Shown here piece by piece: positions 1 to 15,039 of a stretch of DNA of 64,000 nt. The position numbers and the translations under genes were made by a program. Under the pieces are notes generated by a model that was not told where the DNA came from, did not search any database, and saw only the letters and a list, made by a program, of their open reading frames with translations. Every line of letters begins with the position of its first letter. Position 1 is the stretch's first letter. Source of the stretch: the human T2T-CHM13v2.0 reference genome, Homo sapiens; the NCBI RefSeq assembly GCF_009914755.1, contig NC_060931.1; one strand, written 5' to 3'.

Positions 1-934
1 GAATGGAGAGAAGTGGACAGAGTTCACCTTGTCCCTTGTTTTCGACTCCTAAACTCCAAGGATTATAAATTACCCTTTTGAGGTTTTGCACTTAAGACCA
101 CCTTAGATTCCATTTTTGAGATTCTGTCTCCAAGGATGCAAAATGTGAACCTTAACCTCTGTACCAGTTGGAACCATGTCTTCCTGTAGAGGAAATGAGT
201 TTCAAACCTCACTTACTGGTAATTATTCTTCGTGTTTTTTCAACTGGCCCCTGTATTTCCTTTCCCCAGTAAAACTGTTTTTCCCACACACTCCTAGGTG
301 TTTAGTGTGAATAAATATTTTATTATGAATTTTATTTATCTTCATTTGTAAAAGCTATCTGGGTTCAAATGCCAGCAGAAAATGAGTCTGGTCTCAAAAC
401 CATGTCCGCACATCCAAGCCAGTGAATAGTTTCTTCGACAATCATACCAAAGTGAAAGGATAGTGTAGACAAGTGCAGTTATTTAGCAATTCATTAATGC
501 TATCTAAAACTTCTTCCATTTGTTCACAGTCTTTTGGTTAAATCAACTTCTGTAAGTTCATTTTATGGATTGTAAAATGGGAAGTATTAGAAACAGATAC
601 AAGATTGTGTTTTCCATCAAAGCTATGACATAGAGATGGACTTAGTTTCCTTCTTTTAGAAATTTCTAGATTTCAGAATACGCCTCTTTGTATTTGGACG
701 TAGAGCAAAGTGGTTGATACATTTCATACTTGCCTTGATAATCAATCAATGTGTTTTAGAGGAAAGAAAATGGGACCCGGAACCAAAAAACCTGATCGAG
801 CTTCTAAAACTCTCCAATCTTCAATTTTACATCTATTAAGTAGTAATAATAATAATTGTTATTCCCTTTCCACTATGCTTTATGAGAATTAAATGATTTA
901 CTATCTGTGATGAGAACCAAAAACTTTTTGATTT

Positions 935-1121
935 TGGAAATGTGCTATATCTGTCATATCCAATCAGGTAGATAATAGCTACATTCATGCAGCTGTTGAA
1001 CATACTTCATGTGGCTGTTGAACACTTGAAATCGAGCTAGTTTTACTGAGAAATTGAATCGTTAATTTTCATCAATTTAAAGGGCACATGTGGCTAATGC
1101 TTACCTTTTTGGAAAGTGTAG
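935..1121. mobile_element. MER3/MER33-like hAT-Charlie MITE, degraded
   Basis: Motifs 'catgtggctgttgaacacttgaaat..gctagt..actgagaaattgaat' and 'cacatgtggctaatgcttacc..ttggaaagtgtag' resemble MER3; boundaries approximate. Confidence 0.6.
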
Positions 1122-1594
1122 CTCTAGAGTACTGATTCAGTTTCAGTTATTCCTAGTCTAAATTCATTAATTCTAACTTTGTTCTGGAAATCCATAGATT
1201 GTATGTTGTCTTTGTTTAAAAATGAATGTTCTCTTTATATGTGAGCAAAGATAAGTATGTAACCTTCTTAAAAGCAATTGGTAAGATGAAACAAAGTACA
1301 ATTGTATTTTTGTCCACCACTGTGCTTTTAAAAAATTTATTCATTGGGGGAAATTTTTTCTAATACCACTGATGAAATTTCCCCAGTTGGTCCCATATAT
1401 CTCCTGGTCACTCTTAGATTAAAATTAAAAAAAGTCCTGGGTTATTTTAAGTTTCAAAATGCAGTATTATTTGTAAATTTTCATCAGCACCAATCTCCTA
1501 GGGCAAGACTGATCCTCCCCTCCCCACACCACATGGGTCTACAGCCTTTGGGGAAGAGGGATACAAGTGCGTATCTCCTCTTTTTCTACCTCAC

Positions 1595-1960
1595 CTCTTC
1601 CATCGCCCAACTAACTAGCTACTGCTGCTACTGAGGGCTCCGAAGTTGGAAGCTTTGACCCTCCTTTCGAGAACCAGCAAATATTTATTGCTGCTGCTGC
1701 TGATGATGATGATGGTGTGTGCGTGCATACATGCACTTTGGAAGATCCTGAGAAGCTTTCAACGGCTAAACCTATGAAGTGAATGATGCATCCAATTTTT
1801 AAGTCAGCTAAAGCCTCCCTGAGCTCTGGTTTCCAGGCAGGCAAACACACCAAGCTTTCCTGGAATGTGCAATGAGGTGAAACAATAGCATCCTTCATCT
1901 CCTCACCTACCCCTCTGGATTGGGATAGTCCTTCAAAAATCATTCTCACAAAATCCTCTC
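1595..1960 (-). other. Candidate first exon (5'UTR + Met-Glu-Glu) of an unidentified minus-strand gene; upstream boundary unknown
   Basis: Minus strand reads TGGGCG-ATG-GAA-GAG|GTGAGG (ATG 1603-1601, GT at 1594-1593); strong Kozak; in-frame TAG at 1621-1619; unique sequence with locally retained CpGs. Confidence 0.4.
1689..1712. repeat. Compound trinucleotide repeat (TGC)4(TGA)4
   Basis: Read directly. Confidence 0.9.
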
Positions 1961-2406
1961 AGTGTTCATTCCCCCTTTATTTTTTATTGCAACTTGGAAG
2001 TCAGCGAGGAGCTCAAGATTTGTGAAAATATTGCCAATTGGGATTTTTGCCAGATACCTCTTTCTGGTATCTGAAATCAATCGTCTTGGAATCCTAATTA
2101 ATTTTTTCAATTTAACAACTTGTTTCTATGCAAAAATGATCATTGTGGCTCTGGTAATAATAGCTAACGGCTGGAAAATTACATAATCATAATGGAAAGA
2201 GCAGTACCTTCATAAGCAATGTGGGCTCATCACTAAAATATATTAAGTAAAAAAAAGGAAGCCAGACATGTTTCCATTTGCATTTTAAAATAGAAGTTAC
2301 ATGTATGTACATGCTTTTATATTATTTTGATTTTTAATTATACAGAAGAATTGCTTTAGGTTCCTCCTTATTATCTTTATAAATACTATATTTGGGTACA
2401 TATTGA

Positions 2407-2742
<336 letters not shown>

Positions 2743-3251
2743 TGCTCAATTCTTTAGGATGTGATCTTCGAGTCTTTCTATTTGGCATATCTCAAACATT
2801 TTTTTTCAGCCTGAACGTCCTGAGACATTGTGTCTCAATCCGAGTCCAAGTGAAAAGCACTTCCCACATAACTGATCAACTTGTTTATAAGATCAACCTG
2901 GAAAACTGAATGAAACACCAATGATCGAAAAAGTGAGTTTATATTTTTTGGTTAGGTGAGCTGTAACAAACACACTTTTCACAGGCGACTACAGAAAAAT
3001 AGGTTGAATTACAGGCATAACATAAAAATTGCATTCACACTGTAAGTTTGTAAGCTACATGAAAATAAGGAGGAATTAACCACCACATCTTAAAGATGAT
3101 ACTTTATACTTGATATTCTAAAAGAAGTAATACTTGTACTGCTTTTTCAGTTTATTAAAATTATCCAAAATGAAGATGACCCAGTGAGCAGAGATTGTAC
3201 ATTTTTTAACTAGGAAAGGATAAAGAGCCTCTCCTAGCACCCTAGTTTAAG

Positions 3252-3290
3252 GATCTATAATTAAATTTAGATCTATAATTAAATTTAGAT
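3252..3290. repeat. Perfect 18-bp tandem duplication (gatctataattaaattta x2)
   Basis: Read directly. Confidence 0.9.
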
Positions 3291-3869
3291 ACCATGGTTA
3301 TCAATGAGCAAGTTTCGGTAAATTTTTAAAAGTTTGATATATGAATTCATACTTTATTGGATATTAATACAATTTTTTTTTTAGAATGGAAAAAAACATG
3401 AAGAGAAAGTCTCATAAAGTTTTACCTCTGATGGATTTTCATGATGTCAAAACAGATTAGTTTTTAGCAATGTGCCTTGATCATCAACTTTTTGCTGTAA
3501 CTTCAGTTGGGAGGAAAGTAAGTCAAAAGCTATTGCATACAATTAAAGTTAGGTGCTTAATTTCATACCAAAAGAACATAGAAGTTGGAAAAAATAACTC
3601 AAAGATAACATATTAATAAATCACAGTATTACAGCAGATATTCTTAAAATATATTTTCCAGGACAAAGCAGGAGTTAGGAAAAGCCCAGATGCTAAGGGG
3701 CTTCCTTGATCCTGCTTGATCTGTGGTGTGGTCTGATTTGGTCATGATCTCAATTTCCTAAAACCACTTCATCACCTCACCTGTAATTCAATCTATTTTT
3801 TTTTTGTAGTCGCCTGTGAAAAGAAAGTTTGTTTCTTACAGCTCACCTAGTTACCAAAAAATATAAACT

Positions 3870-5841
<1,972 letters not shown>

Positions 5842-6139
5842 TAAAATAAATCAGATATGTCCTAGGATTTTTGAACGATGTGCAACATAGCGCTATTCAC
5901 CATGTTGAATTTCTAATAACAAATATTAGGGGAAAAAATAGGTATTTTCATCAATAAACGAATGTTTAAATTATGACATAAAATGAGCAAAATTTAAACT
6001 TGTATTATAGAAGAATACACAAAGATATCAAAATTATGAAACACATAGGTAAGTGAACTAAAAATATTACATAACTTTTATAAATTATCCATTCATAATA
6101 TCTATCATTGGCATTAAAAGGTTAACAGGATATACACAC

Positions 6140-8409
6140 TGATATGGTTTGGCTGTGTCCTCACCCAAATCTCATCTTGAATTGTAATCCCCATAATCCC
6201 CATGTGTCATGGGAGGGACCCTGTGGGAGGTAATTGAATCATGGGGGAAGTTTCCCCCATGCTGTTCTAATGACAGTGAGTGACTTCTCATGAGACCTGA
6301 TGCTTTTATAAGTGTCTGGCATTTCCCCTGCTGGGACTCATCCTTTCTCCTGCCGCCCTGTAAAGAAGTGTCTTCCACCATGATTGTAAGCTTCCTGAGG
6401 CCTCCCCAGCATGCAGAACTGTGAGTCAATTAAACCTCTTTCTTTTATAAATTATCCAGTCTCAGGTATTTCTTCATAGAAGCGTAAACATGGACTAATG
6501 CAGTAAATTGGTACAAGAAGTGAGGTGCTGCTATATGGATACCTGAAATGTGAAAGTGACTTTGAAACTGGGTAACAGGCAGAGGTTGGAACAGTTTTGA
6601 GGGCTCAGAGGAAGACAGGAAAATGTGGGAAAGTTTGGAACGTCTTAGAGACTTGCTGAATGGCTTTGACAAAAATGCTGATAGTAATATGGACAATGAA
6701 GTTGAAGCTGAGGTGGTCTCAGATGGAAATGAGGAACTCATAGGGAACTAGAGTAAAGGTCACTCCTGGTATGTTTTAGCAAAGAGACTGGCAGCATTTT
6801 GCCACTGACCTAGAGATCTGTGGAACTTTGAACTTGAGAGAGATAATTTAGGGTATCTAGCAGAAAAAATTTCTAAGTGGCAAAGCATTCAAGAGAAAGC
6901 AACGCATAAAAGTTTGGAAAATGTGCAGTCTGATGATGTGATAAAAAAGAAAAACTCATTTTCTGGGGAGAAATTCAAGCCTGCTGCAGAAATTTGCATA
7001 AGTAACGAGGAGCCAAATGTTAATCACCAAGACAATGGGGAAAATGTCTCCGGGGCATGTCAGAGACTTCAAGGCAGCCCCTCGAATCACAGGCCCAGAG
7101 GCCTAGGAGGGAAAAACGGTTTCGTGGGCAGGGCCAAGGGCCCCACTGCTCTATGCAACTTTGGGACATGGTTCCCTGTGTCCCAGCTGCTTCACCTCCA
7201 GTCATGGCTAAAAGGGATCAAGGTACAGCTCAGGTCATTGCTCCAGAGACTGCAAGCCCCAAGCCTTGGTGGCTTACACATGGTGTTGAGCCTGCAGGTG
7301 GGCAGAGGTCAAGAATTGAGGTTGGGGTACCTCTGCCTAGATTTTAAAGGATGTATGGAAATGCCTGGATATCTAGGCAGAAGTTTGCTACAGGGATGGG
7401 GCCCTCATAGAGAACCTCTACTAGGGCAGGGAAGAAGGGAAATGTGGGATTGGAGCCCCCACACATAGTCCGCTCTGGGGCACTGCCCAGTGGAGCTGTG
7501 AGAAGAGGGCTACTGTCCTCCAGGACCAAGAATGGTAAATCTACTGACATTTTGTACCATATGCCTGGAAAAGCCACAGACAATGCCAGCCTGTGAAAGC
7601 AGCTTAGAAGTGGGCTGTACCCTGCAAAACCACAGGGCTAGAGCTGCCCAAGGCCATAGGAGCCCACCTCTTGCATCAGCGTGATGTGGATGTGAGACAT
7701 AGAGTCAAATGAGATCATTCTGGAACTTTATGGGTTAATGACTGCCCTACTGGATTTCAGACTTGCATGGGGCCTAGAGCCCCTTTGTTTTGGCCAATTT
7801 CTCCCATTTGGAATGGGTGTATTTAACCAGTGCCTGTACTTCCATTGTATCTAGGGAGTAACTAACTTGTTTTTGGTTTTACAGACTCATAGGGAGAAGG
7901 CACTTGCCTTGTCTTAGATGAGACTCTGAACTTGGACTTTTGGGTTAATGCTGGAATGAGTTAAGGCTTTGGGGGGGACTATTGGAAAGGCATGATTGTG
8001 TTTTGAAATGTGAGAACATGAGATTTGGGGCAGGGGTGAAATGATACGGTTGTGGCTGTGTCCCCACCCAAATCTCATCTTGAATTGTGATCTTCCTAAT
8101 CCCCATGTGCTGTGGGAGGAACCTGATGAGAGGTAATTGAATCATGGGGGCAGTTCCCCCATGCTACTCTTGTAACAGTGAGTGACTTCTCATGAGATCT
8201 GATGCTTTTATAATTGTCCGGCATTTTCCCTGCTGGCACTCATTCTCTCTCCTGCTGCCCTGTGAAGAGGTGCCTTCTGCCATAATTGTAAGTTTCCTCA
8301 GGCCTCCCCAGCAATGTGGAACAGTGGAACAGTGAGACAATTAAGCCTCTTTTCTTTATAAATTACCCAGTCTTGGGTATTTCTTCATAGCAACATGAGA
8401 ACTAATGCA
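6140..8409 (+). mobile_element. Complete THE1 (THE1C/D-like) MaLR provirus: LTR 6140-6502, internal 6503-8041, LTR 8042-8409
   Basis: LTRs start TGATA(T/C)GG and end ACTAATGCA; internal starts gtaaattggtac; polypurine tract before the 3' LTR; 5-bp TSD CACAC at 6135-6139 and 8410-8414. Confidence 0.95.
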
Positions 8410-8579
8410 CACACAAACCTTAAAGGTATGCATCCTTGGTAAGCATAATTGTGATTTGTAGATTTTCTATAGTGAACATGCAACACTTTTGAAATCAGCA
8501 AAAAACACATTATTTTATAAAAGTCTAAATCAAGTTGGCAGATTTTTTCAAGCAAATTTCTTTACCCAAAAAAGCATCT

Positions 8580-9110
8580 TAGAATATCTTCCACTGTCTC
8601 CCTCTCCCTCTCTCTCCTCACTGCACATCCACAGCCTAGGTTAGGCATCACTGTCCTATACAAACCTCTGGCATAGTTCTCACATTGTATTATACGTTTT
8701 ATGTATGTATTTGTCACTTTCATCGCACTATGACCTCTTTCATCCCTATGTACCCAGTGCTAAGCAAAATACAGGTAAAATACATGCTAACTGAATAAAT
8801 GAATGAATGACGCTACCTACGTCACAGTGACCTATATTGATTCCCCACTGCCTTCAGGAAATAATGTGCATGCTTCTTAGGCTGGTATTTGAAAATCCTT
8901 CAAAATTAGATGTTACCTATCCTTTCAATCTTTTTCTTTTCATATTTTGCCCCCATTTCCCCAAGTACATCTCTTAGCACTGCCATCAATGAGGAGGGAT
9001 GGCATCTTTCTTGTTCACTGCTATATCCCACAATGTAGCCCCAGAACCTCTTAATGGATGGTCAGGAATTATTTGTTTAATTAATGATTAAATACATTAA
9101 TTAACTTTCT
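8580..9110 (+). mobile_element. L2 3' fragments
   Basis: 'tgtacccagtgc...tgaataaatgaatgaatga' L2 terminus at ~8750-8810 and a second L2 end at ~9000-9090. Confidence 0.6.
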
Positions 9111-9924
9111 CAAAAATATTCTGTAGTTGCCACTTTCCCATATTTTCTAAAGAGCTACTGCCTCCAATTTTTGCCTCATTAATTTCCTCTGTCAAGACTC
9201 CAGGGCTTAGTAAAGTTTAGTCACCTGTAAGAATCATTTCCCAATCTTCCTATGCAAAACTAAATTCTTCTCAGTACAAATATAGCACTTATTTGAGATC
9301 TGCCTCCTATTATGTGTGTATGTATGCTCTTTTGATATTATTTATATAGTGTCTAGAGTCTAAACTTTTAAAAGTTAAGGACTGTAATAATTTGATGTCT
9401 CTCTTCTCAGTTTGCTCCCATCTATCATTTCTCAGCTGTCCTAGATGGAATAGACTAACAATCTCTATTTACTAACTATTAACATAAGGATTCCTGGGAA
9501 TCAGTTTCTTCATCTCTAAAAGAGGTATAATAGCATTATCTGCTCCTCCTCAAAATTAATTAAATAATATAATATAATTAATGTGTTTGGCATATAGTAA
9601 GTACTCAGTTGGTACTAATAGTTACTATCAATATTATCATTATCATTATTGTGATTAATATGATTAATACTAAAGTAAGTGCCTGTTAAATGGAAAAGTC
9701 ATATGAATAATACTAAAGTTAATACCTGTGGAAAAGTCAGTCAATCTCTAACGCCATAGGTTGAGAAACGGAGAGGTTGATTTCAGATCAAATTTTGCAC
9801 CATATTTTAGAAATGGGAGTGTTCCAAACATATCTGAGTCTCCCAGATGCCACAAGCTTCTGGCTTTCAGTGACATCTGGAAAGGTTATTTGATTAGAAC
9901 ATTTGAGATAAACAAGTATGTTTA

Positions 9925-10520
9925 GAATAGAAACAGGAACTCCTATTTTGGCTGGGAATATAATGTGTTATAAATGTTTTGGAAAGCAATTTCTCAATAT
10001 CTCATAAAGTTGAAGGTACACATGCCCACGGTTCAGCAAATCAGTTTCTGCAAATATTCACTAGAGTAATTCTTTCATTTGGACACAAATAGGAATGTAC
10101 TATAATATTTTATAGTACTACTTATGATAGCAAAATGCCATACAGCCATGAAAATAAGTTGTGCTGTAAGAATAGACATGGATTAATCTTAAAAGTATAA
10201 TGTAGAGAGAAAAGAGCAAGTTGCAGATGAATAATGTATACTTTATTGTTTCCACAAAATTTTCAAACATTCAAAACAATCTTATAGACTGTTGTTTATG
10301 GATATCTTCACATACACAGCAGTGGAAAGAATAAAAGCATTTAAAAAAGAAAAGAATAAAAACATACACTGCAGTGATATCGACAAAGATAGGATAGTGG
10401 TAACCTTTGAGGGTGAAAAGAGAATAGGATTAAGCAGGGTACTTTTTTATCTTTAATATTTTATTTCTTAAACTGGGAGGTGAGTACATAAGTCTTTGCA
10501 ATATCTATCTTTAAATGTCT
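9925..10520 (+). mobile_element. Old L1 (L1ME/L1MD-like) 3' fragment
   Basis: 'ttttggaaagcaatt..caatatc..ataaagttgaag..acacatgccc', 'aggatagtggtaacctttg' L1M 3' motifs. Confidence 0.6.
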
Positions 10521-11103
10521 ACTACATATTACATGTATTGGGGAAATATCTAAATTAGGTGTCTTCCCAGTGGAAATAGAAAACATACAAAACTCTTCTA
10601 CCATTCCTGGAAATTAAACCTGATGTCTGTTCTGGCTGGAGATGAAGATGTTTCTGTTTATTCCAAGGAAGGCCCCTATAAAGAAGCCTCTTATCTCTGG
10701 GCAAGGTGGTGGCCACAGTAACCAAGAGAAAACAAAACCTGGGAGGAAAGAGTCAGCATGCCCTTCCTCTGCCTTCCCATCCCTGAGTACCTGAAGAATC
10801 TCTCTTCAGCTCTCTTCTCCTGGAAACTTGAGTGGGGCAGGAGGAAAAGCGGAGCTAGGTGTCATTTTAATGAGGAACATACTTGTCTCCTCCATTTATC
10901 TGGCCCTCCCTGATGGCACTCCAGAATTCCAATCCCACATGATTAACAACATAGTTTCCCTTTTCTGCTTGAAGGTCCATTCTCCTCTCAATTTCAAATC
11001 ACCTGAGATACAAAGCTGCATTTCCCCACAAGAACCAGTTCCCTCTCCTTTCCTTCAGTGCTACTGTCCTTCTCTCAGACCACCAAGCTTAAAAACTCCA
11101 GAG

Positions 11104-12218
11104 GCTCAAACAGCAAAGATGGCAGCCCGCTCCTCCCTCTGGGAGTTCTGGCCCAGGGAGTTTTCAAATTTCTGTAGGCGGAAGAATACTAGCGGGAGTG
11201 GCTGGAGACCCCATTTGGTAGGTTCCACCTAGTAAAAAGAAATGAGATCAGGGACTGGCTTAAAGAAGCTGTATGGTCATGTTTTCGTAGAGCAGCTGTT
11301 CTGTGCTGGGATACCACTTCCACCTTGGTCGACTTGACATTTCCAAAGCCCACAGGCTGGAATAATTAAGATGTGGAAAATGCAAAGATGGTGGCCCACC
11401 CTTCCCTTTGGAAGCTCTCTTTTCAAAAGAAGACATACATGTGGCTACCAATCATATGAAAAAAAGCTCAACATCACTGATCATTAAAGAAATACAAATC
11501 AAAACCACAATGAGATATCATCTAACACCAGTCCGAATGGCTGTTACTAAAAAGTCAAAAAATAACAGATGCTGGTGAGGTCGTAGAGAAAAAGGAACGC
11601 TTATATGCCATTGGTGAGAGTGTAAATTAGTTCAGCCATTGTGGAAGACAGTCTGGCAATTCCTCAAAGACCTAAAGACACAAATACCATTTTATCCAGC
11701 AATCCCATTACTGGGTATATAACCAAAGGAATATGAATCATCCTATTATGAAGACATATGCACACATATGATCATTGCAGCACTATTCACAATGGCAAAG
11801 ACATGGAATCTATCTAAATGCCCATAATGATGGACTGGATAAAGAAAATGTGGTACATATACACCATGGAATACTACATAGCCATAAAAAAGAACAAGAT
11901 CATGTATTTTGCAGGGACATGGATGGGGCTGGAGGCTATCATAAACAGAAAACCAAATACTGCATGTTCTTATTTATGAGTGAGAGTTAAATGATGAGAA
12001 CACATGGACACATAAAGGGGAACAACACACACCGAGGCCAATTGAAGGGTGGAGGGTGGGAGGAGGCAGAGGGTCAAGATAAATAACTTGGGTACTAGGC
12101 TTAATACCTGGGTGATGAAATAATCTGTACAACGAAGCCCCATGACATAAGTTTACCTATGTAACAAACCTACATATGTACCCCTGTACATAAAATAAAA
12201 GTTAAAAATAAAATAAAT
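11104..12218 (+). mobile_element. L1PA10-13-like insertion with 5' inversion: inverted 5'UTR piece (11104-~11418) fused to sense ORF2 end, 3'UTR and A-tail (~11419-12218)
   Basis: Sense 'cttttcaaaagaagacatacat...ctgggtgatgaaataatctgtac...taaaataaaagtt'; left part resembles antisense L1PA 5'UTR; TSD aaaaactc(c/a)agag at 11091-11103 and 12219-12231 after a TT/AAAA site. Confidence 0.85.
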
Positions 12219-12680
12219 AAAAACTCAAGAGCAGCTTGGCTGTCACTATAATTATTATTATTCAGTTTTCTTTTTTATTGAATTACTCCTTCATCCTCTG
12301 CTTCTTTTCCATTTTAATTCCTACCACTCTTCATTTATTCATGTTCAGCTTATTGAAACCTATTTCCAAAGAGCTCTCCTGGTGTCATATTCCCTATGCT
12401 CCAATCCTCCTGCACACTATGCCCAGGAGGAACCCGCTAAAGTATGGATTTCCACAGTTGGCTCCTGGTCAGAACCATTTTGAGCCCCCTGTTATCCAGC
12501 CGCTGAAGAATAAATCCCTTTAAAGCTTCCACAACCAACCTTATTCCAGCATTATCATCCAAAATCCCCTAGAATACCCTCCATGGAATACCCAGTATCC
12601 CTCCTTTCTTTCCAGCTACACATAAAAACAGCCCATTCAATTTCACTTCCTAATTCTTGTGCTTGATATTCCCCCTACTT

Positions 12681-13156
12681 CAGTGTTTCCCAAACTTCAC
12701 TCATTCTGGTACCTCATCATGATTTTTCCACTACCAATTGCCACCTGAACTACTTTTTACTTAATATTTCCTGTAAATTCACTCTTATTTTAAGTAAGAC
12801 AAATATTTGAAAGGTTAATGTCTATTAGTACCATAAATGAAAAAAGCTGATATCTATTGTAATAAATAGGCAATAACTATATATAAATGTTATTTTAAAG
12901 CAGTAATTAAATTAAACTAAGTACTTTTTGCCTACTAACATTTATTGCTTATTCTGTGAGTGTTATAAAGGAAGCTTAAACAAGTGTTTGGAGAAGTTTA
13001 AGTCATATCAAAAACAACAAAACTTATTTCTGAAGAATTGAAACTAAGTCAAAAAATATAACTTTCTCAATCTGTAATCTTAATGTTATTGTTATTGATT
13101 GATCAGTCCATATGTTTCCGAAAATCATTTAATGTGCGAAAGTTTGGAAAACACTG
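12681..13156. mobile_element. hAT-Charlie MITE, MER113-like
   Basis: TIRs cagtgtttcccaaactt / aagtttggaaaacactg; degenerate 8-bp TSD ccctactt/ctgtacgt. Confidence 0.75.
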
Positions 13157-13367
13157 CTGTACGTGAGATACTTTCATGACCTTTTCCTGCCCATCTCAAC
13201 TCTGCACATTTTTCCAGGCCTGCTTAAAGTTCCACCACCTCCCACAATGTCCTCTTGAAATTCAGGGCACTGTGACTGCCCCTTCCTCTGGCAGCCTGGG
13301 TACGCGTCTCTTCTGTGTTTTAGGAAGTCACTCCACTCTGCTTCTGAATGACTCATATACATCTCAA

Positions 13368-13369
13368 GT

Positions 13370-13404
<35 letters not shown>

Positions 13405-13408
13405 TTTG
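13368..13408. repeat. (TTTA)n microsatellite, ~10 units
   Basis: Read directly. Confidence 0.95.
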
Positions 13409-14604
13409 GTCTCCAGTAATTATAGTTGAAAGAAAGGTTTTTGAAGGTGTCTTTTTAATCCCCTGATACTGAGCATCACACTTTCTGTGGAGTGACTCTA
13501 TGAACAGCATGAATGACTAATGAATTAGCACTTACTCTCTTTAACTATTTATGAGGTCATATCTCTGCTAGTAGATAAGGATCCCCTCAAGGGCTGTGCA
13601 TGAGTTTCTTCTAGCCTCTAAACCCAGCCCAGGGGGAGTATATTGCAGGATTGCTAGAAATCTTTGTCAATTGAATGAATGACACTTCCTAGAGACACTA
13701 CACCATAGACGGCACTTGACAACAACAAAAAAAGCCACCCTTTTAGAAGTATACAGTGTTCAGTGCCTCTGCAGCTTTCCTCCACCTTTGGAGAATTACA
13801 AGTTTCATTCTAATTCTATCCTGGACTTGCTGACATAGGGTTTACATTTATTAATATATGGCATATCACATGTAAAACTCTGCACAGTCATCTGAAATGC
13901 TGGTTGTTATCACCTTCACTTATCACCAAATGCCATAAGGGATGTTTAGTCTTAATAGACACCTAGGCATATGTGTGGTCTTTCAAGAAAGAATTCTCTA
14001 AAAATTCAACAGACATGTCTTCAAGTTCAAAATTAGTATAATTCCAAAATGTCTTTTGTCCTCCAAATCAGCCAATACATTTTAAGATAAGATGGTGTTT
14101 AACAAACTTTGCCTTAATAGTTTTTATTATCTCTAAAACACAAACAGATAAAAATATTCTATTTGTAAATTAGCTACAAGGAAGTTGAGAAAACTGGAAT
14201 AAATAATATTTTTGCTTTAAGTTTTAAAAATGAGTCATAACTAAAGCTTTTAAGCAAATTGTAACTAATAATTATGACTTCATAATTTCTAGATTCTGTA
14301 CACTACCCATGAAATCATATTAAAAATCGCTATTATGAATAAAAGATAATCATGTAATTAAGTTCAGGGGGGCATAAAAGAATCACCACTGAGGTTAAGA
14401 CAACTTTAAGAATATACCTGAAATTCATCATTATCACCCAGTAATTGCTATGTAAAAACCAGACATTAACATAGATAAGTCAATATCAATCCTAAATTAG
14501 ACCCACTGAATATAGACTTAAGACATTTTTAGGAAATTAGGAAGACCTTTAATAAATGGAAGGCATTGGAATTTTCACTACATGCTTTTTGATCTTAAAA
14601 ATAA

Positions 14605-14903
14605 ATTTTTTAAAATCTATCTTTATTAATTGTGGTAAAAAACTTAACATACAATTTACCATCCTAACCATTTGTAAGTGTTTACACTTACAAATTTTAA
14701 GTTCAATAGTATTAAATATATTTACATTATTGTACAGTCTCCAAGTGTTTTCATCTTGTAAACTGAAACTCTATATCCATTAAACAACTCTCATTTCTCC
14801 TTCCCCCAAGCCCCTGGCAACTACCATTCTAAGTATCATTTATGTGAGTTTGACTACTCCAGATACCTCAGGTAAGTTGAATCATCCAGTATTTGTCTTT
14901 TTG
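14605..14903 (-). mobile_element. L1MB-like 3' end fragment
   Basis: 'aattgtggtaaaa..aatttaccatc..aactgaaactctatatccattaaacaac..cccctggcaactaccattcta'. Confidence 0.8.
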
Positions 14904-15039
14904 TTTCTTTGGTGTGTTTTCCAAGCTTAATTGAAACTTAATTAGGATGAAGCCAAGTTACCCTCCATCATGTATCATCTGTCTATTCAGTACAATGCAC
15001 TGTGCTAATTTAATGACCCCCTTAACTTAATTACATGAT

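Noticed and set aside
1611-1949. 112-aa minus-strand ORF
   Set aside because: Non-ATG start, no recognisable domain, and the poly-S/poly-A stretch comes from the trinucleotide repeat; at most a uORF of the candidate exon
6914-7468. 184-aa ORF, the longest in the window
   Set aside because: Lies wholly within the degenerate THE1 internal region, with a non-ATG start; the internal ORF is broken by stops and frameshifts
10828-11232. 134-aa ORF crossing into the inverted L1 5'UTR
   Set aside because: TTG start and a chance read-through from flank into L1; no evidence of expression
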